A stretch of DNA of 64,000 bases from the human T2T-CHM13v2.0 reference genome, Homo sapiens. Positions 1-18,735 of this stretch are shown here, piece by piece. Each line of letters begins with the position of its first letter. Within the stretch, counting starts at the first letter, position 1. A program made the translations under genes and the position numbers. The notes below the pieces were generated by a model, which worked only from the letters and a program-made list of their open reading frames with translations, was not told the origin of the DNA and did no database searches. The stretch lies in NCBI RefSeq assembly GCF_009914755.1, contig NC_060932.1; one strand, written 5' to 3'.

Positions 1-3000
1 TTAAATATGAAAGATGACATTTCTTTTCTTTTGTTGTTGTTAGGCTACTTGGTAATCCAAGAGCTATAATGCTATATATTGGGTGGAGGCATTACCTACT
101 TGCCACAGGATTGGGGAAAGCTTCAAGGATAAAGAGGAATTCTAAAGAAGAAAGGTAGGACATTGAGAATAAGACAAAAGTCAGGATAAGAGGACCACAT
201 ATTTAGCAGGAAATAATGGGCCAAATGCTGAGGCTGACTTATCTGTTGATGTATTATTTTGACTTACAGATTGCTCATCCTGCACTCTGCCGTTTTAGTG
301 GCATGTTTCTCATGAGCAGAGAGTATGGTTTATCAGTTGTTGAATGTCTATGCCCTACTGGTGTTACTAAGTAACACCTTTACATAGTAGTCTCATAACC
401 TTGAAAATTTTATTTGCTCTCAGTGAAGAAGATGCTCTCAGGAAAAAGCTTTCCTATTACTCTGACTGTGTATTGAAGGCCACAGAACACAAGATACATT
501 GCCATTCCCACTAAATCAAAACAATTTTAAAAGGGTTTCCAACCTGTAGAAAATCTTAGAGTAACAGACTTGAAATGGAAAGAATCCATAGTTACTTTAC
601 AAGGCCAAAGTTTTAATGCACAAAAAATAAGAATAAACCTAATGGGAGGGTGCAAACTAGTCCAGAGGGAAAATAGCCATATCATATACATGTGGTAATT
701 GTATTTCACTGGTGAAATGCTTTGAATTTGAAAAGTCCTGTGCATTTTATTATGCTATGTAAGTGATCACTGCAACTAGAGACCAAATTAACTGCTGAGA
801 GTTTCTCTCCTTACCACTCAAATTAAATCTGCAACAGTAGATGGGAAAACTGCTAAGCATACCCATATGCTTTGTTCTCTCTGCATGTCAGCCAATAAGC
901 CAGAAGCATTTTGTAAACCCACCTGGAATGCCAAATATACATGATTTCTGTTCATCAGAAACCTTTCTGCTGGAAACTTTTATAGAAAACTAGAAGTCTC
1001 TCTTCTAGACGAAATCTCTTTAAGCTATTTGAAATCAGGATCAGAGTAAGTGCAACTTAGAATTCCGTAAGTGCCTGCCTAATAGAATACCTTGCACACA
1101 CACACATACACACACAGAGGTTTTGCTGGATGAATGAACAAATGAATTTTCTAGCCTAAATTATGTTTTATGTGACTTAAACATAGTGATGAGAAAGGAT
1201 TGTATAAATCAGTAATAGCAATACTTTTCCTTTTCTTCTGCTCTAATAGCAATAAAAGGTAACCCAGACCAGTTTCCCCAAAATAACCTTTAGACTGACT
1301 ACCTGTCAGACCACATGTCTCAGTTTCAAGCTTTTCAAACACTCAGAATTATGCAGGTCCACATCCTGACTAAGAATGATGCACCAGACAAAAAGATATT
1401 GTAACACAAAGTGAAGGTTTCAAATGGGCGGCTCTATACTAAACAAATAAGAAAACTCAGACTGAGGATATGCATTTATGTCTTCAGAATTATTATGCCA
1501 GAGTGAATAGTCCATAATATTCACAATTTTCTTATAAAATCATTCTGTCATCAATAGCGCTATGTTAAAAAAATATCAAATCTAACTGGAGAGAAGATAT
1601 ACAAACAGTCATGGAATACTAAATATAATATTTTATTATATCCAGCAAATGAAGAGGGGTAATACAAGATCTTAAAAGCCTTAATCAAGGAACTATAGTC
1701 ATTGCATGGTGCATACAAATTCCTTGCAATTGTCCCTTTTCTATACTCAGGTATTCTTTCATCAGCATTCAAGAACCAAATTTATAAATGCCCAGAGGTT
1801 TTGTGTTTTTCAGTTGTGCATTATTTCATTTCTTCCATATTTTCTCTATATCAACCTTGGAGATTGATATTTTAGATTTGTCCTTTTATCTCTTAATCTG
1901 TTAACTCTGAGGGGAAATAATTACATTGTTTAATTAGCTGCTTCTGCCCATAATGTTCCCATGTCATTACCTAAAGAATTTTGCTTTATCTCTTTGCCTT
2001 ATACTGTAATTCCTTAAAAAATATATTATTTACTGACTTAAATTTGATATGATTTTCATTTTATTCCTTACCTTTGCTTGTTACCAATTTACATTCTCTT
2101 CACTTAGTTCTTCAAAATTTTTATTTCTTCTCTGTCCCTGAATTGGATGTGGATGTGGATTTACACAGAAAATGAAATATTTGTGTACGGTACATCTATC
2201 AAAAAGATTTCATTGCTACTCATGTTTACAAAGGCAAGCAAAATTAATTATAAAAGCAATTGGAGATTATGTTTCTATACTATAGCTGCATAACTCCAGC
2301 GAGGCAATACCTTGTTCAATAATAAACTACAATCCTTGTTCAACAGCCCCATTCCAAGGAACTCAAGAGGAAACACTACTATATTCTGGTAAACAATTGT
2401 ACAAACCAGATTTTAGTCTCAAGCGAACTAAAATCATACTTCATTTTCCACTTATTAAAAAATATTTGAGGCAATAATTTGATAACTTTCACTATCTGTA
2501 TCAGATTTTTAAAAGGAAAGGAAAATAGACTTTTATAAAAGAAGGAAAAAGGGCATATAGATGACTCTCTGATATAACCAAGAAAGCCATGCACACACAC
2601 TGACACTTAAGACTTAAGAGAGTTAAAAATGTCCAAATCCATCTTTATACAAACTTTAGTGATAATATGTTATGAGCGATCCAGTAGTTAATTGAAACTC
2701 TCCTGGAGTCCACCTCTTTATTTTAACTTTAATTGAGGTTGCCTATCTCACTTATAATTTTGATACCAAAATCTGAGAAAATTGACAATAAAGTATAACT
2801 TATTTGAGTCAATACCTATGCAATCTGATTTATACTGACAAAATTATTCATACTGACATGATTAAAATTATTGATAACATTTACCTATCCTACTTAGTGT
2901 GAATGCTCACAAATTTTCCTGTAGAAATACTTCATTAATGTGTTTATTATCTAATGCCATCAGTCCTTGTTGTTGGTACTAAATAATAATATATTATCTA

Positions 3001-3152
3001 AAATTCAAAAGTATTTGAATTTCAAAACACAGCTGGCTACAAGGCATTTTTGACATAGCATTAATATTTTAATATATATAGCAATAGATAGATTTCAAAT
3101 CATTTTTACTTGCATGAGTCTCTATAGTCTTGAAAATATTGAAAATCTCATA

Positions 3153-3250
3153 CATTTTCAGAATGAAAAATTGAGAATAAAGACAGTTCAGTGGCATTTC
3201 TAAGGTTATGAAGCTAGTAGTAGTCGGGCCTTGGAACCATGTCTAAATGG
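3153..3250 (+). mobile_element. MIR SINE core fragment
   Basis: cattttcagaatgaaaaattgag...taaggttatgaagctagta resembles the MIR core; boundaries approximate. Confidence 0.55.
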
Positions 3251-4602
3251 AAGTCTAGTCATTTGACTGAACTTACTGACTACCTACTATTGAGTATCTA
3301 CTCTGTTTTTCTCAGTTTTTCCATGTCTGATTCATTATCTGAAAGTGTTTATTTAGTACTTGAGGAACAAAACTGTTCATGGAGTTTGAGAAAATTTTTC
3401 TAACTTTGGTAAACATTAATGATTTTTAAATGTGGGTTTAAATATCTTAGGTGAAGCTGATCTGGTTGTAATTTTCTCATGCAGATGAAGATGTTGGCTC
3501 TTACACACTCCCCACCACTCAAGCAATCTACTTACTGAAATCCATCAACCATTTTGCTTTGTTTTACTAAATTTAATTTATTTTAATCCACTTTCTCCAT
3601 CTAAATTACATTGCGATACCTAGATCATTAATAATGATAAAAATGATTTTTCTATTTTTTCATTATGCTTTATATTTCATCAACTGCCTTCTCTTACAAA
3701 GAAAGCAAAGAAAGGATAGGTAGGAACATTTTTCTTATCTTTAGCCTTTGAGGATCCCCAATTACCCTACTAACTACCCATCCTTGGTGTCTCTTCCTAT
3801 CCTCCCCCTCTAGTCAGTAGTTCAAGTTTGGAACGCAACTGACTTTACTCGAAAAAAGTACTTGGCTTGGGTATTTTTATGTCATTCAAATGCTTCTACA
3901 TGGTAACTTGTTTATGTGACCATATCTCTCTTATTTCACAGTTATTTTCTATATATATATATGTACATGCCTGGCCACCAAAGTATTTGAGCCTATGTTC
4001 CCTGAGTAAAGTGTAGTTGCCACTTATGAACAACTTCCAAGTGAATGGCGAGATTCATGAAAATAGTATGTTAAGGGGTGTTAGCCACAAAACGTTTATG
4101 AATGATAGAAAGGCCTTGAAAATTTGTACTTGCATAAAGTAGGTGCAATACTCATTAAGATGGTAGTGGAGATGAAAAGAACATGGAAATTACAATAGAG
4201 GCAAGCCAGTGAGCCTCCTGGAATAAGGAGCAGAAGTCTCATTCAGCAAGCTCCCCACACACATGGCAAATTCCTCTGACTGGGACCTCTATAATACTCC
4301 GTTGTTTGTTTTTGTTGTTGTTATTGCTGTTGTTTTCTCACTCTTTACCCAGTGTTTTCAGGAACTTTCCTGGTCTTTTTATTCTATTCTGTCAAATATA
4401 GATACTATAGATGACTACATTTCCTCTTTGGTTCTCTCTTTTCTTATTCTAAGCCCTACTCTCCTCTGGGAAGATTTTTTCTCTTTATAGGAAAAACTAT
4501 GCTGAGAAGTAGAACAAAGTATAATGAAAATGCTACATCTCAAAACTTATGATACACAGCTAAATTGGGACTTAGAGAATTATAGTCTGAAGTGTTCACA
4601 AA

Positions 4603-4986
4603 TGTTATGGCTTGGCTGTGTCCCCACCCAAATCTCACCTCGAATTGTAATATGAATTGTAATCCCCACATGTCAAGGGTGGAACCTAGAGGGAGGTGAT
4701 TGGATCATGGGGCAGTTTCCTCCATGCTGTTCTCATGATAGTGAGTTCTCACCAGATCTTGTTGTTTGATAAGTGTCTCATGCTTCCCCCTTCTTTCTCT
4801 TTCTCTCTCTCTCTCTCTCCTGCCTGCCCCGTGAAGAAGGTACTCACTTCCCTTTCACCTTCTGCCATGATTGTAAGTTTCCTGAGGCCCCAGCCATGTG
4901 GAACTGTGAGTCAATTAAATCTCTTTCCTTCATAAATTACCCATCTCAGGTAGTATCTTTATAGCAGTGTGAAAACTGCTAACACA
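4603..4986 (+). mobile_element. THE1D/MSTA-type MaLR solo LTR
   Basis: Starts tgttatggcttggctgtgtccccacccaaatctca, contains ccatgattgtaagtttcctgaggcc, ends ctaacaca. Confidence 0.9.
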
Positions 4987-5390
4987 GGAAATGACAAATA
5001 TTAAAATTTAAATCATTCATCTTGAAAACTGTGAAAATAGAGGAATAAATTCCCCAAAAAACAAAGGGAAGAAAATATGGCAATAAAATATTTTAGTAGG
5101 CACATTAAATTGAAAATTCCTATATCATGCTGATTAATTGGAATTATCAGTATATAACAAATATACCTTTAGAGATATAGAAACTCCAGCAAGTTTAATC
5201 CATTTAAATTTATTGTGATTACTAAAACACATTAATCTTATCAAGCATTTAATTTTGTTCTATTTCTCCTGCTCTTTTCTTTCTTATGGACTTCCTTTGG
5301 AATTTGTATCTTTTTCACTTCATTTTTTTATACTAATGTATAACTTATGCTATTTCTATATTTTTAAAGTTTGCTCAAAAAATTTAATAG

Positions 5391-5784
<394 letters not shown>

Positions 5785-7639
5785 TAAATACCTTAATTTC
5801 TAAGACTTTCTCCTTACGTTTGTTATCTTTGCCAGTGCTTGTATCACTTTTTAACTCGACAAATTAGGCATTCTTCTTACATTTTTTGTATGGGCTACAT
5901 ACATTCGGATTTACCTGTAGGTTTACCATCCTTGAATCAATTTCTTGTGTGCTGCCTAATGACTGATCACATATCCACCCTGGAAATTTAGTCTCACACA
6001 AATCACATACACTAAGATATGAGGAGGGATGTTTGCTGAAAAAGAAAATAAAAAATCTAGATGCCGACAGCAGAGAAAGGGAGAATGGATTCTAGGCAGG
6101 CATGAGCAGCAGCTGTCTAGTACAGATGGCCTGGAAGAGGTCAGCAGAAGCCCCTCACTGACACTCTCTCTACTGTGCCTGTATTTAACCAGAGCTAGCC
6201 AATCACTTCTCGTATTAAGCACCCAGGGTGTTAAATTTCAGGAGTTTCATAAGATGGGAAAATGGGACCATTTTGAAATGACTAAGTAGAAGTTACTAGC
6301 CCAAGTGGTACTATTATGACCACAGTTGCAACAATTTCATGAAAATCAAAACAAATCGTAAAGCATAGAAATGTTCTGGAAGAGATTTAGCAGGTCAGCC
6401 ATTTATATTGGTGTAGGCTGATTCAATCAGCAACTGTCACCAGAGACAGAAATAATAACAAGGCTGTTCTTGAATAAAATAACAGAGAATTACAATTGTC
6501 TCAAAAACCACCCAACCTGGTAGCCTTCAAGCACCTTCTTTAATGAATGTCTCAAGTAACAGTCCAGCAGGCTATGGAAAAAGAGCTGTTTACCTCCCAA
6601 GACTGTGAGCCTGTTTCTCAGTAGGCCTGCCTGTGGGGGCTTTGCTTGCAAAGTTTGCCTGAAGAAATAGGGTAATGTGATTCTGAATGTGCAGAAAAAC
6701 ATTTTCATTAGAGAGGTATAAAATTGTCCGAATTTTTTAAATGAACAGTTTCAGAAACTTCAAGATGTTTAGTCATTGCCCAAGACTGGTTTCTTACTGC
6801 ACTGCAGAGGAGCTATTAGGGAAATGATTTAAGCCTATTGGGGTAATGAAGGCTTTTGTGTCTATTAGTGTGCTTCTAATTGCATATTTAAAGACCGAGG
6901 TACTAGAAATGATGGTGTTACATACCCAATTACCAAGAAAAGAGCAACAGAGACAGCACAGTCTGTTGGATTAAAAACCCACAAGGCTCCACCACCCACC
7001 CTTGCTACCAGTAGAAAGTTGGTCAGCTATCCTGTGCTAGAATTCTTCCATCTGTAGGAAGGCATAAATTACTGGTAACATAATGACAATAGTAATGTCA
7101 TACACTAGATGTAGATATATTATGTAGAAATATACATATGTATTATTTATAGTGCCCTTATGTCACTATATCAAATATGAAAATTGAATAGAAAAAATAT
7201 GTGCTACTTGGTAACTTGGGTTAAAAATAAAAGTATGAAGCATGATTATTAAAGGATATGTAACATTCTACTGCAGCAAGAAAAAGGAATTGAGAAGATA
7301 AATTATGGTCATCTTATGAACAAGCCTAGAATTAAAATGTCCCAAAATCCACATCATTGAACTCTAAAGAGAACTTGCTGTGCAGGTTGTCTGAGTCAAT
7401 GAATTCGTTATTCTAGATATATTCACTGCATAAAAGTATAAGCCCTTTTGAAAATAGAAGTTAACAATACAATGGTTGTTGCCTATCTTGCTCCTACAAT
7501 TGAATTCTTCCCTGTTAATCCTTCTACTCCTCTGCTTGGCCTTTTAATCACTTCTATTTCTCTGGCGCTTACATGCTAAGAATTTTCCTGGGATCCCATA
7601 TATATAGATCACTTTTCTTACTGATCTAACCCTTTTTCT

Positions 7640-8520
<881 letters not shown>

Positions 8521-8563
8521 TGGCATTCCCTTCCCTATTACTCCACTAACAATTGCTTCCTCC

Positions 8564-9453
8564 TGTAAGCTAAAAATGAAATCTAAGCCCCTCAACAGAC
8601 TGAATGAAATTCCCTGTTGGCCAAGGGGATCCCAGAGGAAACCTGAAAAACTAGTTCAGGCCAGGACAGGAAGGGTGGTCAGAAATGCTTCATTATATCC
8701 TCTCCCTTTTGGAATTTAGGTACAACTGACCAGCATTAACAATAAAATAGAGATCTTAAGACTGACAAAACAAACTCTTTATTGCAATAATATACCCAGT
8801 TCCAACCTGACTCCAATATAGCATCACATGACAGATAGCACATCCTGAAGGATATCAAAGTATTATACCCCAAAATATATTTCTTTGATATATTTTGAAA
8901 TGTCCCTGCAAAGCCATCTCTTGGGGAAATTTCCATTCTTTAGAGGATCTCCTTCCCTTTCCAAGTCCTTTCCTGATCCAGGAGAGATTTAGCTGAGAGA
9001 TTTTAACTAAGAGAGATTTAAAGTTCCATAAATAATATTTACCATCTATTCCCTCTGAAGTTTGCTACCTGGAGGCCTCATATACATAACAGAAACCTTG
9101 GTTTCCACAACTTCCCTTTTTTATCTGAAGCATTTCTTACTGCTGGCTTCAATTCTGTAGGCAAAGCTTAAGATTTTCAGCTAACTGCCTATCAGAAAAT
9201 CTTTGACTCCACCTATGACCTGTGAACCCCCACCTCAAAATGTCTCAGCTTTCCAGGCCAAATCAGTGTACCCCTTACATGTATTGATTTATGTCTTTCC
9301 CTGTAACTTCTATCTCTCTACAATGTATATAACCAAGCTGTAACCCAGTGACCTTGGGCACATGTTCTTAGGACGTCTTGAGGCTATTCCATGAGCCATG
9401 GTTTTGGCTAGATAATCTTTAAATATTTTAGAGCTTGCCTTTTTCTGTCAGTA
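8564..9453 (+). mobile_element. MER4-family (MER4D/E-like) ERV1 solo LTR
   Basis: tgtaagctaaaaatgaaatctaagcccc...ggccaaggggatcccagag start; aaccaagctgtaacccagtgaccttgggcacatgttct near the 3' end. Confidence 0.8.
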
Positions 9454-9740
9454 CTTCCTTGCTAGATCCCCTTTCCTAGTCACTATTAATAGTTACCATA
9501 TAGCACTGAATGTATCTGCTTGTTTCTCTCATTATCACTTCTTCTCAATGGGAACAGTAGTATCTTATTCATCTGCTATGAATAGACCCACTAAGCACTG
9601 GGTGGGTATGGCACCTTAAATAGGAAGCAAAAGAGTTTGGCCAAATATAACCCAAAATTTCAAAAACTTTGAAGTAATTAGATGATCTAGGTTTATGTCT
9701 GAGATCATTAAGTATTTTGTTGATTCTGAAAAATAACCTT

Positions 9741-12106
9741 TGATATGGGTAGGTTGTGTCCCCACCCAAATCACATCTTGAATTGAAGTTCATCACGTGT
9801 GGTGAGAGGGACATGTTGGGAGGTAATAGAATCATGGGGGTGGTTTTTTTCCATGATACTATCATGATAGTGGGCAATTTCTCATGAGAGCTGATGGTTT
9901 TATTAGGGCTTCTCCCTTCACTAGGCTCTCATACTTCTTCCTGCCACCATGTGAAGAAGGACATGTTTGTTTCCCCTTCTGCATGATTGTAAGTTTCCTG
10001 AGGCCTCCCCAACCATGCAGAAGTATGAGTCAATTAAACTTCTTTCCTTTATAAATTACCTAGTCTCAGGCAGTCCTTTATAGCAGCATGAGAACAAACT
10101 AATACAGTAAATTGATACTGGGAGTGGGGCACTGCTATAAGCATACCCAAAAATGTGGAAGCGACTTGGAACTGGGTAACAGGCAAAGGATGGAAGAGTT
10201 TGGAGGGCTCAGAAGAAGACAGGAAGATATGGGAAAGCTTGGAACTTCCTAGAGACTTGTTGAGTGGCTTTGACCAAAAGGCTGATAGTGATAAGGACAA
10301 TGAAGTCCAGGCTGATGTGGTCTCAGATAGAGATGAGAAACTTGTTGAGAACTGGAATAAAGGTGACTCTTGCTGTTTTAGCAAAAAGAACGGCAGGATT
10401 TTCCCCTGCCCTAGAGATTTGTGACACTTTGAACTTGAGAAAGATGATTTAAGGTATCTGGTGGAAGACATTTCTAAGCAGCAAAGTGTTCAACAAGTGA
10501 CTTGGGTGCTGTTAATAGCATTCAGTTTTATGTATTCACAAAGATGTAGTTTGGAATTGGAACTTATGTTAAAAAGGGAAGCAGATCACAAAAGTTCAGA
10601 AAATTTGCAGCCTGACAATGCAATAGGAAAGAAAAACTCATTTTCTGAGGAGAAATTCAAGCCTGCTGCAGAAATTTGCATAAGTAACAAGAAGCCAAAT
10701 GTTAATCACCAAGACAATGGGGAAAATGTTTCCAGGGCATGTCAAAGACCTTTATGGCAGCCTCTCCCATCACAGGACTGGAGATCTAGGAGGAAAAAAT
10801 GGTTTCATGGGTCAGACCCAAGGCCTAGCTGCTGTGTGCAGCCTAGGGACTTGGTGCCCTGTGTTTCAACAGCTCCAGCCATGGCTAAAAGGGGCCAAGG
10901 TACTGCTTGGGCAATGGCTTCAGAGGGTGCAAACCCCAAGCCTTGGAAGGTTCCATGTAATGTTGAGCCTGCAGGTACACAGAAGTCAAGAATTGAGGTT
11001 TGGGAACCTCCACCTAGATTTCAGAGGATGTATGGAAACACCTGGATGTACAGGCAGAAGTTTGCTGCATGGGAGGGGCCCTCATGGAGAACCTCTGCTA
11101 GGGTAGTGTGGGAGAGATATGTGTGGTTGGAGCCTCCACACGGAGTCCCCACTGGGGCACTGCCTAGTGGAGCTGTGAGTAAAGGGCCACCATTCTCCAG
11201 ACCCCAGAATTGTAGATCCACCAAAAACTTGCACCATGCACCTGGAAATGCTGCAGACACACAATGGCAGCCCATGAAAGCAGCCAGGAGGTAAGCTGTA
11301 CATGGCATACCTACAGAGGCAGAGCTGCCCAAGCCCATGGGAATGCACCTTTTGCATCAGTGTGACCTGGATGTGAGACATAGAGTCAAAGGTGATCATT
11401 TAGGAACTTTAAGGTTTGACTGCCCCACTGGATTTCAGATTTGCCTGGGCCCCATAGACCCCAAGAAATTGGCCTATACTTTTGGCCAATTTCTTCCATC
11501 TGGAATGGGTGTATTTAACCAATGTCTGTACCTGCATTGTATCTAGGAAATAACTACCTTAGTTTTGATTTTAAGGCTCATAGGCAGAAGGGACTTGCCT
11601 TGTTTCACATGAGACTTTGGACTTGGGTTTTTGGGTTAATACTGGAATGAGCTAAGACTTTGGGGGACTGTTGGAAAGGCATTATTGTGTTTTGAAATTT
11701 GAGGACATGAGATTTGGAAGGAGACAGAAGCAAAATGATATGGCTTGGCTATGGCCCCACCAAAATCTCACCTTTAATTGTAGTTTCCATAATCCTTATG
11801 TGTGGTGGAAGGAACCTGGTGGGAGGTAACTGAATCATGGAGGAGGTTCCCCCATGCTATTCTCATGATAGTAAGTTCTCACAAGATTTCAGTTTTACAT
11901 GGATCTTCCCCCTTCGCTTGGCTGTCATACTTCTGCTTCCTGCCACCATGTCAAGAAGGAAATGTTTGCTTCCCCTTCCATCATGATTGTAAGTTTCCTG
12001 AGGCCTCCCCAGCAATGCAGAAATGTGAGTCAATTGAACCTCTTTCTTTTATAAATTACCCAGTCTTGGGCAGTCCTTTATAGCAGTGTGAGAATGGACT
12101 AATACA
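9741..12106 (+). mobile_element. Full-length THE1 (C/D-type) MaLR retroelement: LTR 9741-10106, internal 10107-11735, LTR 11736-12106
   Basis: Two homologous LTRs (tgatatgg...ctaataca) flanking typical THE1-int; ORFs 10155-10424 and 10461-11294 are MaLR internal ORF remnants. Confidence 0.96.
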
Positions 12107-12249
12107 CCTATATACTTCATTCAGCCTCAATTTTCTCATCTGTCAAAAAAGGGGGTAGGATTGGTATCTGCTAGTTTTTCTCAGCACTTTTATTCTACAC
12201 ATACATAAATCAATGATTTAGAGTTGAAGTTTTAGGCCTAGAAAGTTGT

Positions 12250-13860
12250 TTTTTTTTTTAATTTAATAGAGAATTATCATATGCTTTATGGGAAGACTAA
12301 ATATTGTAAAGAGTAAACTCTTCCCAAATTAATCTGTAAGTTTAATGTGATCTCAATCTTAATGGGATTTTTTTCATTATACAAAATTTATTATAAAATG
12401 TATAAAATTATGTGAATTTTAAGATTTATGTAGCAATTGATATTACATACATACACAAAGAAAGAGAATAGCATTTTTGAAAAATAAAAACAAAGTTTTT
12501 TGGGAGTGGCACAAAATTGCCCTGCCAGATATAAAAATATTTTATAAAGTTTTAACATTTTAAGCAGTGTCATATTGCCACATCAGTAGACAGGTTGCTG
12601 GAATGGAATAATGAACCAAAAATTAATCTATGCCTGTATGGCAATCAATAACAGAATAGGATTCACTAAGCAGTGGTCAAATAATTATCTGCTTAATATA
12701 TGTTCTTATATGAGAAAATGAAATTATATGCCCATAATACATCTATAAGAGAAAATGAAATTATATGGCCATAATACAACATATCCAAAACTTTATTTAA
12801 GATGAATTAATACCTTCAAAGATGGCAGAAAAAGCTTTTAATGATACTATACCTTGCTAACTAACACTTGCAGAATATTTGTTATATCTTAGACACTGTA
12901 AGTGCTGTTCAGGCATTAATTCTATCAATAATCCTATTACCCTGTGAGTAAGGTAAGTCCAATTATTATTTTTATTATTATTTCATTTACAGGAAAGGTA
13001 ATTATGGTACAGAGATGTTAATAAACTTATTGAAGTGTCACAGTTAACAAGAGACAGAATTAGAATCCAAAATCACGTATTCTTGTCTCAGTAGCTTAAG
13101 CTCTGAAAGACTCTATTGGCCATGACAGACAAAGCTTTCTTTAAAAAACAAAACAAACAAACCAAAAACCCAGAAAGTTTAAATAATAAAGAAAATGCAG
13201 ATATAAGTTTGACTGAAAAGTTGTTTTATTTTATAATAAAGTCAACTTCATGTTTTAAAACAAACCACAGATTGGGAGAAAATCCTTGCTGCACAGATTA
13301 TCTGTAAATCATTGTTCTAATCATACATATAAACATGAAATAAATGAAAAACTCTATCAAAAAGTTGGCATGGTATATGAACCTATGGTTTTAGAAAATC
13401 CAATTCAAATATCTAATAAATAAATAGTCAATCTCATTGGTAAGCCAGCAAATAATTAAAACAAAAAGGTAATAGTTTTGCCCACAGAACTGAAAAAAAT
13501 TGATAAGTCAGTACAATGTCAAATGTTGTCAGGTCCTTCCTCTGAGAATAGAAATTGATCAATCAATTTGGAAGGCAATTTAGCAATGTGTAGAAAAGTT
13601 GAAGGTGTGACTACTATTAAAAAAAAAGTGACTAATTCCCCATCTTTGTATCTAACCCTAGAAACATTCCTGGCAAATAAAATAATAAGACATACACATG
13701 GATATTCACTGCCACATAGTAATAGAGTAATACTGGAAACAAACTAAGCATTTATCAAATGAGAACTAGATAAATAAAAGCTGGTATGTACATACAAATA
13801 CATATATATGTTAAATAAATGAGCTAATTCAACACAGATAAATCTAAAAAAATTTTAAAA
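12250..13860 (+). mobile_element. Ancient L1 (L1M/L1ME) ORF2-3' fragments with an embedded MIR at about 12860-13100
   Basis: Degenerate L1 ORF2 motifs (cccaaattaatctgtaagtttaatg; ttgggagaaaat; tttggaaggcaatttagcaat); MIR core gtacagagatgttaataaactt. Confidence 0.6.
12707..12778. repeat. Tandem duplication, period 37 bp
   Basis: gagaaaatgaaattatatg(c/g)ccataataca at 12712-12741 and 12749-12778 (29/30). Confidence 0.85.
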
Positions 13861-15802
13861 AAACAGATTCATTGAGGAGATTCATAGTAAAATTTAAGCA
13901 AATTTATAAATCACTTGAAACAATGTTACAAATCCTCTTTTCATAGCTTTATAAATTCCACTTTTAAAGGACTAGAACTATATACATCAAAGTTATAATA
14001 TGGTTATATCAAAGGAAAAGAGAAGTGGATATGTAGGATGGTTAGCCTTATCCATGACATTATAATACTTTTTAAATATTGTGTTTATATATTACTTACA
14101 TAATTTTGAAAAATTATGAGAATTATTTTATGATATTAATATATATTTTTAAATTATTTCACAGATAGTATGAACAGCTATACAAATTTCAAGGACTTTC
14201 AAAGTTATTTTGTCACAAACGGATTGATGCATATTATTTGAATTTTGAAAGAATCAAGTAGGAAGCAGAAGGGGATGAAAATTTTAAGCAAACTTAAAAA
14301 AATCTATTGCAAGGGATTGTTATTAAATTACATTTTAAGCTACAGAAATGTTACTACAGATATAAAAGCAATCTGTGGCAACTGGAGGAGAAATGCATAT
14401 CCACTAACACTGATAAACTGCTGGGGTTTCTTCTGTTTCATTTCTTATTATTTGGAATAAGCACAAAGGAACTGATAAAATTGTTTAATTAAAAGAAGTA
14501 GAAAAATTGTCTTCGGGAGATAGCCTAATAATACTGCTATTACTTCCATGTGTATTCAGATCTAGGTCTCACTGTCTGTCTGCAGGAGAACAGTATATTG
14601 TAAAGCAAAGCTCTCATTGTCTGTTTTATTCCTGAAATAGACATAAGAGTAGAAGAGTAAATTTCCTTTTCTACTCAAATTTTTGAAAATTTTATTTGTA
14701 AGATTTACATACTTGCTTGAACAAAAACAACTGAACCTGCTATTTACAATTTTAAAACCCAAAGCCTAATGCATAATTTTACTGGGATCAATTTGTAATT
14801 CACTCATTCATGAAAAAGAAAGGAATGAAATTTATTAAACAATACAGGTTGCCCATATAACCCCTTAGCTAATTGCAGTGAGTTATTAAGCTTTGCCTTG
14901 ACTGAGGCCCGTATCAGCTCAGTGTTTCTTGGTTTGAACCTCACTGTAGTCTTTTCCCTGAGTTAGGACAGACAGCTTGCCTGTTAGAGCAGAAGTTTTA
15001 CACACTTTTATGGAGTCCGATGCATGGTCACATAGCCAGCAATGCAATTCTAGTTCAAGCACCATATTCACTTCAAAATCTCTGGTGATCAGCATTTATG
15101 TACAGCTTAGTTTCTCTTAAAACTGAGTTATGCTAACATGGCACACACTTTGTCGTTTAGAAGTATCACAGTGAGTGAATATATCCCATTAATTATTGTA
15201 TCCTACTAGTTGATGTAGACTACCTGATTACATATGTACATACATACATTCATTCATGTATATTCATTTGCTCATCAAATAATTGAAATATTATACTTAC
15301 TCTGTACTCAGCACTGCACACACATAATCACACACACAGTTACATCTTCATGTGTTCTCAGGTAAATCACAGTTAAAAGAAAGCCAATTCTGACAATATG
15401 CTGAGCATAGCTGATTTAGTTAAGAAAAACTCCTAATTTTCTAGGGAATTGGGGCTCAAATAAATTAAATAACATTCCAAATGCATAGCCTCTAGATCTG
15501 AAATGCTCAAATTACTCTTCCCTGATCTAAATCCTAATGGCAATTTATGACCTTTTATCTCATTCTTCATTAAGAATTCCTAAAATGGGATGGTGGATTA
15601 GTAAAACAGTGGGCTTCTCTAACTTTATTCTGGGTCTAAGGGGACCATGGATAGGGGAAGAAGGCTCACATCTATCTAGCTATATAAATGTGGCACAAAT
15701 GCACATTTATATGTGTATCGTTTATGTGTAGCCGTGTAATCTATCCTAAAAATGTTTTAATTCAAAACTTTACCTTGATTATTCTTCAGATTTTTACCTC
15801 GG

Positions 15803-18735
<2,933 letters not shown>

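Noticed and set aside
9741-12106. Divergent 5' and 3' THE1 LTRs as evidence of a recombinant element
   Set aside because: Divergence looks compatible with element age; it cannot be separated from recombination without alignment
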